Shown here: piece after piece, positions 46,664 through 60,470 of the stretch | How the letters are laid out: every line of letters begins with the position of its first letter | How positions within the stretch are numbered: position 1 is the stretch's first letter | Origin: Novakomyces olei | Taxonomy: Eukaryota | Assembly: GCA_016906335.1 (NCBI GenBank) | Contig: JADEYG010000004.1 | Span: 310,001 to 374,000 of the forward strand | Direction: 5' to 3' | Length of the DNA stretch: 64,000 bases | The notes under the pieces: model-generated | The model's input: only the letters and a program-made list of their open reading frames with translations | The model's database searches: none | Told to the model about the DNA's origin: nothing | Program-made: the position numbers and the translations under genes

Positions 46664-49656
46664 TCTGATTTATGTCTCTTTAGACTTTTACGGTTGCAAG
46701 TACGGATTCCAACAACTTTAAAGCTTTGTTTTTACTTTTACTTTCTTATGTTACTTTGGATTTCATTTGTACTCCAGTTTGCTTCTAGAGAAGAGCATCG
46801 ATTTATCTGTTTGTTTATAGTTTTTGGGCTATATTGCTCATTAATAATTCCCCTCGATGCTTCTTCATTCCCTTGCATTTTCCTTGCAGCATTGCCCTTG
46901 CATACCAGATTTTTGTGTAAATATGAATTTTGTGTGCTAAATTTTCCTTCCGATATTTCCTCTCGTTAATGTGCTTGTTGTACCTTTTTAGTCTACAAAT
47001 GTCAATATAAATAATCAGTTTAATAGTGCGATCTCACACACGAGTCCTTTCCCTCCCCATAAAGAGACAAATATTTGAGATACTCCAACTTCTCATCATC
47101 TGATGTACCTTCGGGGTTATATTTATTAGCAAGTAGGGTTTTACCAGTATTCAATATGTTAAGATAACTTCGAGTACTTTGCCGCAAAGCTCTACAAATT
47201 CAGAAAGTCCCTTGAAAAGTGGGTGATTTTTTTATTTCTGTTAAAAGTCAAACACGACAAAGTCGAATTCGGCTCGCGTTTCCGGCATAATTATTAAGTT
47301 TCCCAAAACGGTATATACTTATTAATCACGCGGTTATACGCGTATATCGGCATAAAATAAGCCCGATTATTAACGTGCAATAATTAACATTTGGAAGATA
47401 GAATATTCATTCAAGTAATTTATCTGCTCCTGTATGATTTCCCTCTCATAGTATAAATCGTTTTGGAGAGGCTACTGCTGAGCAAGCTTGTGCAATGGAC
47501 CAAATTTTTGAGCAGAACAAGTGTGCACGTGTCGCTTTAAATCATTGCTGCTCTAAAAGTGCTGATTTATTCTAGTCCGCTTATTCAACCGGAAATTTAT
47601 CATAAGAATTGAAGTCGGTTCGAAAATCACGGTTATTTGTTTTCTTGTGTAGTGTTCGAATTTCTCATAATCTTACACGGAAAACCGGACTTTCAAAATG
47701 ATGGCTCGTTGTTGAAATTGTTTTATCTCTGTTCGTTGGATTACTGTAGGCTTCTCTTCGCACCATCACCGTTGTAAAATGTCCAACCAATCAAACGATT
47801 AGAGCATGTACTGCTTGAGTATTCTAGGATATAGTATAAAGTTGTCTCTGTGACAACCGAAGCCTAAGCCTAAGCCTGTAAAAGCCTCTAATGCAAGCGC
47901 CTATACTTAAAAATTGCATCCAACATATCTAAATCCTGTTATTTGAATTATCTTGCCCCCATATTTGTGCGCCTAACCCTAAATCTGGTGCTGGAACTAT
48001 TTCTTATCAGGTTATTTGTCACGTGACCATAGGCATTTTCGGAAGGCCCGGATTAATTTGAAGGGACTTTTCTGATAGTGGCTTTATTAAGCACTCGGCG
48101 GCTTTTCTCGAGCAGCTTAATACGTGTTGTTCACGTAATTGTAACTGCACATGCGCTGTATTCCTAAATTCAAAATTAGAACATAGATAAAGTATACTTG
48201 TCAATTAGCTGTAAATTGGTTGTAAAATAGGATAATTCCTAGGCTTGCGTTTGTGGTTGAGTAAGAAATTGAATAGTTTTGTCGCGTTTAGCTGCATAGC
48301 TTAATCCCAGCAAGTCTGAGCTGTTCTGACGCTTATTATTGACGGGCTTTTGCCTACGATAGCAGCTTGTACACTTTGTCAACGGTTCAAATATTTAAAC
48401 AATGCATCTCAGGGAGCTTTAAAATATGCTACTTGCCTTAAAATGAACCAGACTTTTAATAATATTAAATACCTCAAGCAAAAAACGTCAAACTAAGAAA
48501 TCATCTATGATTTTATCTTATAACAGCTTCATCAAAAACATAATGTGGCCTTAAAAATTAAATATAAAGGACGACAGCTCTTGTTACCAACCCCTCAATG
48601 TGGCCTGCTTATGTAAGTCTTATGTTGCATTTTTTATTGTAAGTCTAGATTATTTTATTTGACTATTCAATTCTTGATATCCGACTTTTCATACAAATTT
48701 CTTTAGCTGGTATTATCAAATTTCCAACAATCGAAAATGACATTCTATTCAAAGGTTCACCGAACACGAGGTGAAATGTCTGCACTACTTTTAGTGCGCC
48801 TGGTTTTGGCGAAGTTCCGAAAAGCATTTGCTGTTTAGTCGCACTCTTGGCGAGTGCTTGCAAAAATTGGAAGCTAGGATTGCCAAAAGACAAATTCTAC
48901 AAATGGAACAGCAATTCACAGTGCTTTAAAATTCCACATTCATAATGCGGTCATTGCACATGAAAATTTAACGCATATGATCTAGGCCGTGTTGAAAACG
49001 TCATAGCAATCCAATCTTACATAGCCGCTTGTTAATTCACAAAACGTTAGTGCATAATCTAGTTAACCTGTCCCAGCTAAAATTAATAAAATACGTACGG
49101 CCATCAAGATTTTGATTTCTTGCGATTAGGATTATACTAAAATGGATAGAATCTCAACAAGGTTCGGTCTGGAGAAAGACGATAGCCATCAATCACTGGC
49201 TAGGATCGTTGGGTAGGACTGTCATCAGTGTGTATATACCTAAAAAGCCGAATATTAATATTCGCTTATCTTCTTTCATTATGGGGCAACACCCGTTTTG
49301 GAAGTGGATTTCTTCATGGTCGGAAGCAGATTCCGAGGCGGAATTGAAGCCGTGTTTATCATTGAACCTGAAGGTGAGAGTGGGAGAATATAGCAGAGGC
49401 GTTGGACGGGATCCAGTTCCATGGTTGGGGGGACGCGAAAAAGCAGGGCCTAGACGATATGCTCTTCTTATCATGCTCCGGTCCCTTATCTTGGGGGACC
49501 CAAAATAATGCACATAAAACGCGGCAGTTTTGTTGGTGTAGAAGTTCCTCACAAAGTGTGTCGCAGTGAGCCTCCATTAAAGCATTGTTCGAAGACTCGA
49601 TAAAGGAGAGAACGGAAACAAAAGGATCTTTTAAATCTAACTTAATTCCTAAAACA

Positions 49657-51456
49657 ATGGGCACAATTGAACAAGCTCCGTTCGATTTGAAGAATGGAGA
49701 ATTTGAATCTGCCACTAAAGAGGCCATTATTACGCAAGTTGACACTTCGGACAATGTTGGGATCGTAATCGAGAGCAATTCAAACCAGCTTCATCGTCAC
49801 CTTAATAATCGCCAAATTCAGCTCATTGCTATCGGTGGTGCCGTCGGTACTGCACTTTTCATCAGTATTGGAGGTGCTCTCACGAGAGGAGGACCATTGA
49901 GTTTGCTTCTTGCCTATACACTTTACAGTATCAACGTGGCAATGGTCAACAACAGTTTGGCAGAAATGACTATTTTGCAGCCTGTTGCTGGAGGCTTTGT
50001 CCGTTTGGCTGGCAAATGGGTGGACGAAGCGTTTGGATTTATGGCCGGATGGAATTTCTTCTTCTATGAGGCATTATGTATACCGTTTGAAATTACGGCA
50101 CTTGGAATTGTTATTGGCTATTGGAGTGATCATGTTCCTCTTGCTGCTGTTTGTGCAGGGAGTATTGCGGCGTACATGTAAGTTAATTGTCTTTATAAAA
50201 AAAAACAGTATTATTCATTGATCATCATAGCCACAAACAAAAACTAACGTGTCTTGTGTAGTCTCATCAACGTCCTCACTATCCGCGCATACGGAGAGAC
50301 CGAGTTCTGGCTTTCTGGAGGTAAAGTTATCCTTATCTTCATCCTCTTCAGCTTTACTCTGGTCACTATGTGTGGTGGAAACCCACAGCACCATGCCTAC
50401 GGCTTTCAGTACTGGAAAAACCCCGGCCCCATGGCCGAGTACCATTCAACCGGGAGCCTGGGCCGGTTTGAAGGCTTCTTGTCTTGTGTTTGGTCTGCTG
50501 CATTTTGTGTTGTTGGTCCGGAATATCTTTCCATGGCTTCCGCTGAAGTCCAACGGCCCCGAATCTATTCCAAGACGGCCTTTAAAACTGTCTATTGGCG
50601 ATTCGGTGCCTTTTTCATCCTAGGAGCTCTTTGCACTGGTATCGTTGTCCCCTACAACGATCCCACCCTTGTTGCCATTAACAGTGGCGAGGCAGAGGGT
50701 GGTGGAACTGCTGCTGCTTCTCCTTATGTAATTGCCATGACACGTCTCGGTGTTACTGGCCTGCCTCACTTGATCAATGCTTTGATTTGCACTAGTATTT
50801 TCTCGGCCGGAAATACATATTTCTATGCTGCTTCTCGTGGACTGTATGGTCTTGCCTTGGAAGGACGAGCTCCTGCCTTCTTGAAGAGATGTTTGGGCAC
50901 TGGCGTTCCTGTCTGGTGTATATTGTTTACGGCTCTTTTCCCGTGCTTGTCTTTTCTCTCTCTGAGCAGTGGATCAGCAGTCGTACTTAATTGGTTTATC
51001 AGCCTGGTGACCGCGGGATCTCTGATCAATTATGGCGTTATTCAGATCACATACATTTGCTTTTACAATGCATGTGTGGCACAAAATGTCGACCGGAGAA
51101 GCTTTCCGTATTACGGATATGGCCAGCCTTTTATGGGCTATGCTGCTTTGTTTTTCGAAAGTATCATTCTCTTGTTCTTTGGTTACAGCTCTTTCACTCC
51201 TCCGAATGTTGGAGTATTTTTCTCCAATTACACCATGCTCATTGTCGCTCCGATCCTGTATACTTTCTGGAAGGTCTTGAAAAAGACCAAGGCTGTCAAG
51301 TCTATTGATGTGGATCTTGTTTGGGACAGGTACTTTGTGGATGCGTATGAGGCTAGTCTGACAACACGACCCAAGGGATTCTGGGAGGAGATGCTGGACA
51401 TGGTAAGGTTCAGACGGAACCAGTCTGAGGCTAAGTCAGAAAACTCTTCGGCTTGA
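49657..51456 (+). CDS. Amino-acid permease (APC/YAT family)
   Basis: LHRHLNNRQIQLIAIGGAVGTALF, WVDEAFGFMAGWN, intron 50178-50261, YGETEFW, GPEYLSMASAEV, ASPYVIAM. Confidence 0.93.
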
Positions 51457-51985
51457 GAAGTGAGAACTGTAAGTATGGTTGTTCAAGGGTGAAATGAAAC
51501 TGCAAAATAGTGTACAAAAATTTTCAGGTGAAGATTGATGGTAGGACTAATTGAAATCTTTTGGTAAATTAGTATCAATAATGATTTTCATTTTGTTCCG
51601 TTTAATGTAGGCTCGTTGTACTTGGTTTTGATCTTGATCTATTTACTATTCACAAATAGCTGTATAAAGATCTTGGCTCATACTAGCACAAGATGTCAAT
51701 ATGTGTATATATATATATATACTCAACACATTTAATGTCTTTTTGCAATATTTACACATAAAATTAAAGTAACTTGAAAATTATACACTATCCCACATAA
51801 CAGGGCACTGGGACTTATCTCGGTCAGACTTCCCGATCCAATCCCACACAAGAGAAAGACAGGGGTTTTCTCGATAAGACCATGACAGACGGACTTCTTT
51901 GAAGTATAGCTTGAATAAATATACTGGCAGCTGTTCAAAATTGAATCTATTGTATTTACAAAATTGCATTGTATCAAATTCATTC

Positions 51986-52645
51986 ATGACTATCGAGGTC
52001 CGCAAATACGTTCTACCGCCTACGCGTCTTATACCAAATTCTCCATATCCTTTACTGCACTACAAGAGATTCTTTGCTGATTTCTTAAACGAAGACAAAC
52101 TCGCAATAAAAGTGCACGACATCTATGACTCCAACGGATGGGAGACGCAATGGCTAGTCCGCTACGGACCGACTCAGAGGTCTCATTACCACTCGACTGT
52201 ACACGAGGCAATGACTGTTTTGAGCGGAAAGGCTACGATACGGTTCGGTGTCGCTGATACTGCGGACGATTTGGAGGAGAGCACTTATGGCGGCGCTAAA
52301 GAAGAAGGCGGCATTGAGGTGGAGGCAGAGTTTGGGGACGTCTTTATAATTCCTGCCGGTGTGACTCACAAAACATATGGTCCTTCTCCTGCCCTCGAGT
52401 TCAAGCATCTCATGCCTGGCGATGGACATCATATTGGGTCAGAAAAGGCCAGGGCTATTCTGGATGGTATTGAGTTATCTGGATTTACTATGCTGGGCAC
52501 ATACCCAAAGAACAGCAATGCGTGGGATTTCCAAGTTGGTGGAGAGGATGAAGACAATTACGATGCTATATGGTCGGTCCCCAAACCTGAGACGGATCCT
52601 GTCTTCAGCAAGTCGGAAGAGGGCCTTACTGGGCTATGGAAATAG
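51986..52645 (+). CDS. Cupin-domain protein (YjlB-like)
   Basis: LIPNSPYPLLHY, SHYHSTVHEAMTVLSG (HxHxxxHE), GDVFIIPAGVTH, GTYP, PETDPVF. Confidence 0.85.
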   Translation: MTIEVRKYVLPPTRLIPNSPYPLLHYKRFFADFLNEDKLAIKVHDIYDSNGWETQWLVRYGPTQRSHYHSTVHEAMTVLSGKATIRFGVADTADDLEESTYGGAKEEGGIEVEAEFGDVFIIPAGVTHKTYGPSPALEFKHLMPGDGHHIGSEKARAILDGIELSGFTMLGTYPKNSNAWDFQVGGEDEDNYDAIWSVPKPETDPVFSKSEEGLTGLWK

Positions 52646-53224
52646 CGTTAATTTGCATTCGACTTGGACACCACAGTGTAGATAGAGATATACGGAGCTG
52701 AATATAGCCAACATGGAGAACAGGGAGGGTTAGGCTAGAAACGCCTTCCAGAGTTACATCGGAATACTTGATTAAATATTCAAGTAAGAACACAAAGAGA
52801 GGAATAGTACTTTTGAGAGGAATCATTGCCTGACTTTTTGTGAGCAGGGCTCCAATATCCCCGAGCTGGTTGGCCTCAATGTCGTTGGATCATGCCAGCA
52901 AGCTCTTACTCTCTCGACAACTCCAAATATCAATGGTCAATGTGTGCCTGTCCAGTGTAATTGTGAACGCCCAAGGAGAAGTGATTGAAGACTTGTTAAT
53001 AATTTAGTGTTGAATCTCTCTGTGTAAGAAGGTTAAAGCTAATACGGTGATACTCTAAAGGAGCTTTTGTGTGCTACTATTATTTTGATATTGAGAAATT
53101 TGTTCCAGCGTGGAATACCGTGCTTTGAACAAAATGATTTATTGACGGCGAAGCCGACTTCCCCGCGGACATTTGTATAACCATCTATATTTGGCAACCG
53201 ATGAAATGATCCGAAGAGCTCTTT

Positions 53225-53890
53225 GATTGGCGAAAATACAGGTAGACATAACAGAAAGAAATCATTTAAATCCATTGGGGAAAGGGTCCTGGTTCCAGAA
53301 CCGAAAGCCAATATTGTCGCGCGCAGACACAACGATACAGGCAATGATAACCACAAAAATCCAGAGGAATTTAATGGAACTCATGACAATTTCCGTCGCG
53401 CCAAACAGTCTGACCCCAAAACTGTTAAATAAATCATAACCACCAAAAATATTGAGAGCCAGCCGGCAGTCAGCACTCTGTCCGTCGCACAGCCCTGTAG
53501 CTCATGGGCCAGTGTAATTGAAACAAAAACCAATAGCAAAATCCCAAAGTTGTTGGTTGCCACCGCGGGGTCCAGAAACTTGCAGCACCATTGTGCAAAT
53601 GGCGAAGGCAAAGGGTACATGATTGAAATTTCACCAATTGCTTGGTTCAGTGTCCAGGCGATAGACGAAGCAATAAATTAGCCAATAAAGATACCAGCAA
53701 GGCCTCCATTATGCAGCGAAGTGCCAGCACCAGCCATAGGCCCATGCCAATACTGGAGCCGATGCTTATCATGACCAGGTTGCCCGCCGTTAGTGTCCGT
53801 GCCAGACCATGCTAGTTATCAGGAGCAATCTCAGTGTACCCGACTTCTTCCAGCGCACCCGGACTGTCCTGTCGAAGGACGTTAGGAGAC
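53225..53890 (-). pseudogene. Decayed amino-acid permease (YAT family)
   Basis: Fragments *HGLARTLTAGNLVMISIGSSIGMGLWL /frameshift/ GAGTSLHNGGLAGIFIG*..GEISIMYPLPSPFAQWCCKFLDPA..GVRLFGATEIVMSSIK..GFRFWNQDPFPNGFK*FLSV; several stops and shifts, C-terminal half missing. Confidence 0.85.
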
Positions 53891-54814
53891 TTTTACTCAT
53901 TACTGCTCTGGCTCATGACCAATTGTAGCAAAAACGATTATACGCAGAGTACCAACGCCCATGCGTCTTTTAGGCAGCGACACAAGTGCAATTATAGGGT
54001 ATAAATTGAGCTTGGAGTTTGATTGTAAAGGCGTGCTAGACGAAAAGTGAAGACACTTAAAATTTATAAACCTCTGACATACATTTACTAGCCGCCTAAA
54101 ACTAGATAGCCTCAATGACGCAGGCCGCCCATTCGCAGAATCAATTGCTTATCAATTACAATAATACTCTATTTGGACAAGAATTTCCCGCGCGTGAACC
54201 CCACGTATGATAATTTCTTGCTACGCAATATTCCACGCAAACCGCTTTATTTTATCAGTGAGCGAATAAGCGAATTGCCTATTTTGCTATCCCAACCCTA
54301 TTAGGAAAGCTGACGGTGATTAGTGGTAATATTGTCCGACAAGCCTTTATCCTTATCCGCAAAAAGAGCAAACCATTATTTCCGGATACTTTTGGGACAC
54401 AAAGGAAAATGATAGCATTGTTCGTATTCACGCGTTTGCGAGTATGGACATACGGACACGTCTGGCGCATGTATCCATCGTATCGAATTACCCTTACTCT
54501 GGCCGGGTTGAGATCAATGTTGAGCAGCAAGTTGAAAATTATGTCGTTGAGCTACGAGTGAGAATCCCACATTTGTTTTATCTACTAAAAAGGTCTTTTC
54601 AGACATAATTATCTTCTGTATAATAAGGAAAGGCTCTAACAATCTTGTACTCTAATCCCAGCTCTACTTACACCATTCAAAGGAAATTGCGTGCTCGTTC
54701 ATGAATTTGCCTTTCAATCAGGGACAATGGTAGGTTCAGTATAGCTGGATGGCCTAAAAGATAGTACAGCTGTGGATTTAAACACCTCGTCTATTATGGT
54801 AAACATAATCATAT

Positions 54815-55161
54815 GAAAACCAACCCGCTCGTACTGAACCAGTTGGATTCCAAAAAAAACTCTGTATAGAACACATTATGTGCCTGAGCGTCCTAGAGGT
54901 ATTCTTCAGTTATTCTGCCAAGGTCTGATGGGTTGTCATCAAATCTGATTCCAGTGCTCGCAAAATCCTTAAAACCCCAATTGGCTTTTCGTCTCTAGTG
55001 TAAAACTGATCAATCTCGGTATCACTAAGAGGATTTCCGGCTTTTCTATTTAAAGATCGAAAAGTTGTTCGGCGCAACGTTCCGAACAAATGGGAATGAA
55101 GCTCCACTTTTGGTATCGCATGACAAACACGCTCAAGGCGCTCTATTTCGGCGACAGTCAT
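54815..55161 (-). pseudogene. Adenosine/adenine deaminase remnant (N-terminal third)
   Basis: IPKVELHSHLFGT (HxH), frameshift, PSDLGRITEEYL*DAQAHNVFYTEFF /T8 frameshift/ WNPTG; remainder not found. Confidence 0.82.
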
Positions 55162-56402
55162 AATTTCGTTTTAGGGGGAAAATGGTATCCAAGCTATACA
55201 AATATTAAATGCATCCCACGTTATAAGTTTTCGTGTGCAAACTGAATTTTGGTTGTGATAGACTCTTACGGTTTTTGGTTAAAAATGTAGGATTCATTTA
55301 AAGCAGAGCTAGTAGCGGACATAAACCCTAATCCTTTGGACTAATATTTGTAGAAACATAGATTTTGTCCGACAAAAAAGTAATAAAAGTATTTTTATCG
55401 ATGCTGCGGGCATTATGCACGACGACCGTTGGTGGTGGAGCATCATGCTTATCATGGCGCTGGACCCAATTTAGGCGAAACAGAGTGAATAAAAAGTGAG
55501 CGTCCATGTTGGCTGAGCTTCAAGCATTCTTACTATTGTATTTCGGTCTGTCTATGTTAATTAAAAAGCGAAAATAGGTTGCTTCTCTAGTGGAAGAGTT
55601 CTACGAGATTGTGATTTAGCTATACGCAATTTTAGAGCTGCGATGCCACAGTGGTCCACTAAAACTAAAAACAATAAAGTCTCAACCCACGTATTTTGTA
55701 GAATCGGATCAAGCATACCACATATATAATGCTTTTTATTGAAGAGATCCTTAAGGCTATATGTATTCGAAGTCGGGATCATCTGCGTTGGCACCAATAA
55801 TAGCCATTGGCAAGTGAACTGTGACGTAAATAGCTAAAAGGGAATTGGAATTTCAACTTGATTCTACTGTCGCGAGATAGAAAGGCATTCTTGTCTGTGG
55901 TATAGACCAAAAATAAACTCGGAAACAGATATCCGAAAATTATAATATTGAATGTAAAATCCGATATTCCTCATTTTCATAATTCCAAGTAAACGCTAAC
56001 AGTCCCAAAATAGCTAATCTAGCCTTATCAGCGAATATGAGAGCCATCTGTCAGGGATAGGCGCGCAGTCGACAGCATAGGAAGACGGTTAAAGTTACTT
56101 TATTTAATATTATGTTGTAATGCCTTTCTTCCTGTGTGCCTTGCCGCCGATAGATAATTGTATTTGGTCGGATCGCCCATCCATCATCCAATACCGACTT
56201 CTTCTCCCACTTTACCTATAATATAATAGAACGCATTAGTATGTTATATAAACACTTCGTTCTCCCCTTCATCGAAGACCCTGGACTTTCCCCAACTTCC
56301 TCGTCTTTATAAACGTCGTGGCAATCGTCTTTTTTTTTTTTTGGCTCAAGTGTGTGAGAGGTAGTAGACTTTGTATTCATCACATTAGCAAAAGCACATA
56401 TA

Positions 56403-57866
56403 ATGGCAAATCGAAGACCGTTGCCGGACCTTAAAGTTCTTACCATTTCCGATCTTCAAAAAGAGGCTGCTCGCAACATTTCAGCGTCAAGCAGAGGTAT
56501 CGGCTTTTGCCAAAACACTTATGGATGAGCTAAATCATGACAGAATACGTCAATGGTGGAGCTGGAGACATGATCACGTAAGTTATTCATATACCGTAAG
56601 ACTACTCTAACATTCACCATAGATTGCAGGATAATGTGGACGGATATAATAGGTATAAACTGAGACCGCGCGTTTTACGGGACGTAGATAACGTCGATAT
56701 TTCCACAACAATTTTTGGAACGAATGTGTCTGCCCCGCTGGGCTTTGCTCCTTCGGCGGCTCATAAACTTGCCCACCCAGATGGTGAATTGGCCACATCT
56801 AGAGCCGCCGCCGATTACAATATTGCCATGTGTTTATCGTCTTATGCTAGCACAAGTCTGGAGGACGTGAAAGCCGTCGGGGGATTGAACCCATATGCCA
56901 TGCAAATCACTTTTGTCCGCGACAGACGGGTGACTAAAGATCAAATCGAGCGAGCGGAAAGTGAGTTTGCAAACTTTTCTTCTCTTTTTATTTTATTTTA
57001 TTTTCAATGCTTACATTTTTTAGAGGCTGGATTTAAAGCTATTTTTGTCAGCGTCGATCTTCCAGTTCTGGGCAAACGCATTAACGAGAGCCGTAACAAC
57101 TTCTCATTCCCTCCGTCCATCCAACTTCCAAATCTCCGTGTTCCTGTGAACGATGCCTTTACTCAGGAGCAGGTAGTCAAGCAAAGTCTTGATTATGGTT
57201 AGTCTTGTTTTGAGTGGTTATTGGCTTGCTAAGACATATTTAGATCCCACTATTACATGGGACGAGGCTATTCCCTGGCTTCGCCAGCAGACCAAGATGG
57301 AGATATGGCTCAAAGGAGGTAAAATTCACTCTTATTTACTAGAAACAGATCTGACTTTGTCAAGTTTATACCCCTGAGGATATCGAACTAGCAATCACTC
57401 ATGGCCTCGACGGTATAATCATCTCAAACCATGGTGGTCGCCAACTTGATGGGGTTCCAGCAACAATCGATGCACTGCGTGACTGCAGCAAAGTTGCCGA
57501 GGGCCGAATTCCGCTCGCAATAGATGGTGGTATTAGAAGAGGAAGCGACATTTTCAAAGCTATTGCTCTTGGAGCCAAATACTGCTTTATTGGTAGAACG
57601 GTGTTTTGGGGACTTGCTGTAAGCACATTTTTACACTGCTTGTCTGTGCTCTTCTAACATTGCAGTATAACGGACAAAGCGGTGTCGATCTCGCCACAAA
57701 AATTCTGCTCGATGAGCTGAAACAGACGATGATGCTTTGCGGGTAAATTTTATTCCAAATTTTGCTATTGGCCTTAATTAACTTTGTTAGTTGCCGGAAA
57801 TTGTCTGATATCAAGCGAAGCCACTTGTCTGTTCTTAAGGATGATGGCATCCTGGCCAAGCTCTAA
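56403..57866 (+). CDS. FMN-dependent alpha-hydroxy acid oxidase, probably peroxisomal (multi-exon)
   Basis: EYVNGGA, LRPRVLRDV, APSAAHKLAHPDGE, VDLPVLGKR, WLKG, SNHGGRQLDG, DGGIRRGSDIFKAIALGA; C-terminal AKL (PTS1). Confidence 0.92.
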
Positions 57867-58801
57867 GCACGAATCATGGGACTGAAAACTATGAATTAAA
57901 GAGATAGAATATTTTATAATGTTTGCTGGCTCTGAATGTTTATTTAACACAAACCTAGAATAATTTTAGAAGGATGACTATGATTCACACAGCCAATTTT
58001 AGAGACTGGCAACTGCCATGTTTGTGGGATGTAATGGCGAATGCCTTACAAGAGCAAGAATTGTCCAGTTTCAGAGATATTATGAAGGTATACAAGCGAC
58101 ACAAGTCATATTCAATTTCAAGCTTTTACCGAAGCAACTTAAACTATCACTTTTGGACTTTTAAATTTGCCAGATTACGAGAAAAATCTGACAACCGAAA
58201 CGTATGGTGGGGAAAGCGCAGCAACCCAACTCGTTGCCTGTGCTTCTCTATTTTTAAACCCCAGAGTCGATTCACGTTTAAAATGAAATCAAAAACTTAA
58301 AATGAGATTTTTAGGGTTTACACTACTCCATTTACTGTATATACCAATTCCAGTTTTCATTCTGTGCACGCGGCGAAAATACCGGGGAAACCTTCCTATC
58401 GTATCAATCAATATGTATGAGTGAAAATATACAGGATTTGTTTCGAATATTAAAATGATAAGAATCGTACGTTACGATCTCGCGGCACGGGACCGTACCC
58501 GAGCGCCACATATGAACTGCCATCATATTTTTCCCCTAATTTTTTTCATTAAAAAGGAACGATTTACACTGTAAATAATTAGGCAGATAGTAATTGATTT
58601 TTATTAAATATAGTCGAGGCACACAGTAGGCAACTAACCAAAGTTACGAATCTAGTTTTAGCGCATCCCGCGTAATCGGGTCGCCAGGCGCGGAGAGGAT
58701 AAGCTTATAAAGCTGGTTTCACGACAATCAGTTCTAACCTCCAAATTTCTCTCCTAACATTTACAAAAATCTGATTATCCTTTACGCAATTGAAGACAAT
58801 T

Positions 58802-59968
58802 ATGGCTAAAGCGAACGTTCTACTTGTCGGGGCTGGAGGCATTGGCACAATTTCAGCCCTCAACTTGGAGACTGGTGGCCGTGCTCAGGTCACTGCTATT
58901 CTTCGCTCAAACTATGACGAAGTAGTCAAGAACGGGTTCAACATCCGGTCCGTGGACCATGGTATCGTAAACGGCTTCAAGCCCACTACAGGTATGATTT
59001 ATTGCTGTCCATTGCCCTTCTAATAGTATTCAGTTTTGAAGAGCATCCCCGATGTGGAGAAGGAAGGCTTACCGCCTTTCAAGTACGTCGTCTGCGCTAC
59101 CAAGAACTATGCAGATATCCCACCGTCAGTCGCCGATCTTTTACGCCCGGCTGTGACCCCAGGCTACTCTGTCATCGTTCTTGTGCAAAACGGTTTGAAT
59201 ATTGACAAGCCCTTGTTGGCCGCGTACCCTAAGAATGTCATCCTCTCTGGAACCAGCTTCTGCGGCTCTCATCAAATCTCGCCGGCCGAGATTTTGCATG
59301 AGGACAACGACAAATTGTTCATTGGCGCTTTCCGTAACCCGAACTTGGACCCGGCTTCTGAGGACAAGGAAGCCAAGGAGTTTTGCGAGATCTATAGTGC
59401 TGGTGGCAAATGCGTCTGTGAACATCAGCCAGATGTTGGATTCACCCGCTGGAGGAAATTGCTGTATAACGCGTGCCTCAATTCTCTTTGCGCTATCACT
59501 GATCTTGATACTGGAAGAATGCAATTGGCTGACGGAGCTGTTGAGACTTTAGTTCGTCCAGCAATGGAGGAAATACGTGCTGCAGCAAAGGCTTTCGGTC
59601 ACGATCTTCCCGCTGATCTTGTGGACTTTATGATTAAACTGGACCCTATTACAATGTACAACCCACCCAGTATGCAGGTTGACATGCGCAATGTAAGATT
59701 GACTAGATCTTTAATTAATTAATTAATTAATAATTTCATTTATTTATTTAACTTCATTCAATCATCAATTGCTAACTCTTTTCAGAGTCGATTCACCGAG
59801 TTTGAAAACATTGTCGGCGAGCCTGTACGTGAGGGCACTGCGCGTGGAGTACCAATGCCGATTCTCACTGTTGTTTACAACCTTTTGAAGGCCATGCAAT
59901 GGAAAGTCAAGGAGGCAAAGGGTATGGTCAGTATCCCGGCGCAAGTTGACCACACCAACACTTCGTAA
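58802..59968 (+). CDS. Ketopantoate reductase (PanE/ApbA)-family 2-oxoacid reductase
   Basis: LVGAGGIG, CATKN, LVQNG, RWRKLLYNACLN, PSMQVD, EFENIVGEP; two introns. Confidence 0.9.
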
Positions 59969-60470
59969 ATAGTCGAGTTTAGCTTTGTGTCATGAAAAAA
60001 TGTATAATTGGTTTTGACTTTATGTCTTTGAAAAAATTAGAAGCAATAAAATTACAACATTAAACGAGACATGTCTCATAGGGCAGATTGGTCGCATATG
60101 CGTTTCATTCCCCTGTAAATAGCCTTTTCTGTAGTGAATAAAGATCCAGTTTGGTAAGCGCAGTGAACGGTATTGCGAGACCTTGGGCTGAGTAGCATTG
60201 CTTTTGTGGCTTTTGTATCGTACTATAATTTGCATGGCGTATGTTTCGGATAAAATTTCAGTTCAAGAGAATGATTGGATTGATTAGATAGTGTGATCGT
60301 AATTTTCATTTATTCTAACGTGAGTTTTGTTCTTTAGTTTTATATAATCATATATTTTAGAAGTCTCTCATGTGAATCGATTACTTCGATTATACCATCC
60401 AAGGTGAAAACAACCTTTCCAAACACGAATGGATCCACCTAATTCAATTCGCTATTCATCGCTTGAATAT

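Noticed and set aside
47971-47982. Telomere or interstitial telomeric array (CTAACCCTAA)
   Set aside because: Fewer than two units; treated as a possible promoter motif only
49193-49552. 119-aa and 99-aa ORFs upstream of the permease
   Set aside because: No recognisable motifs; overlap the presumed promoter
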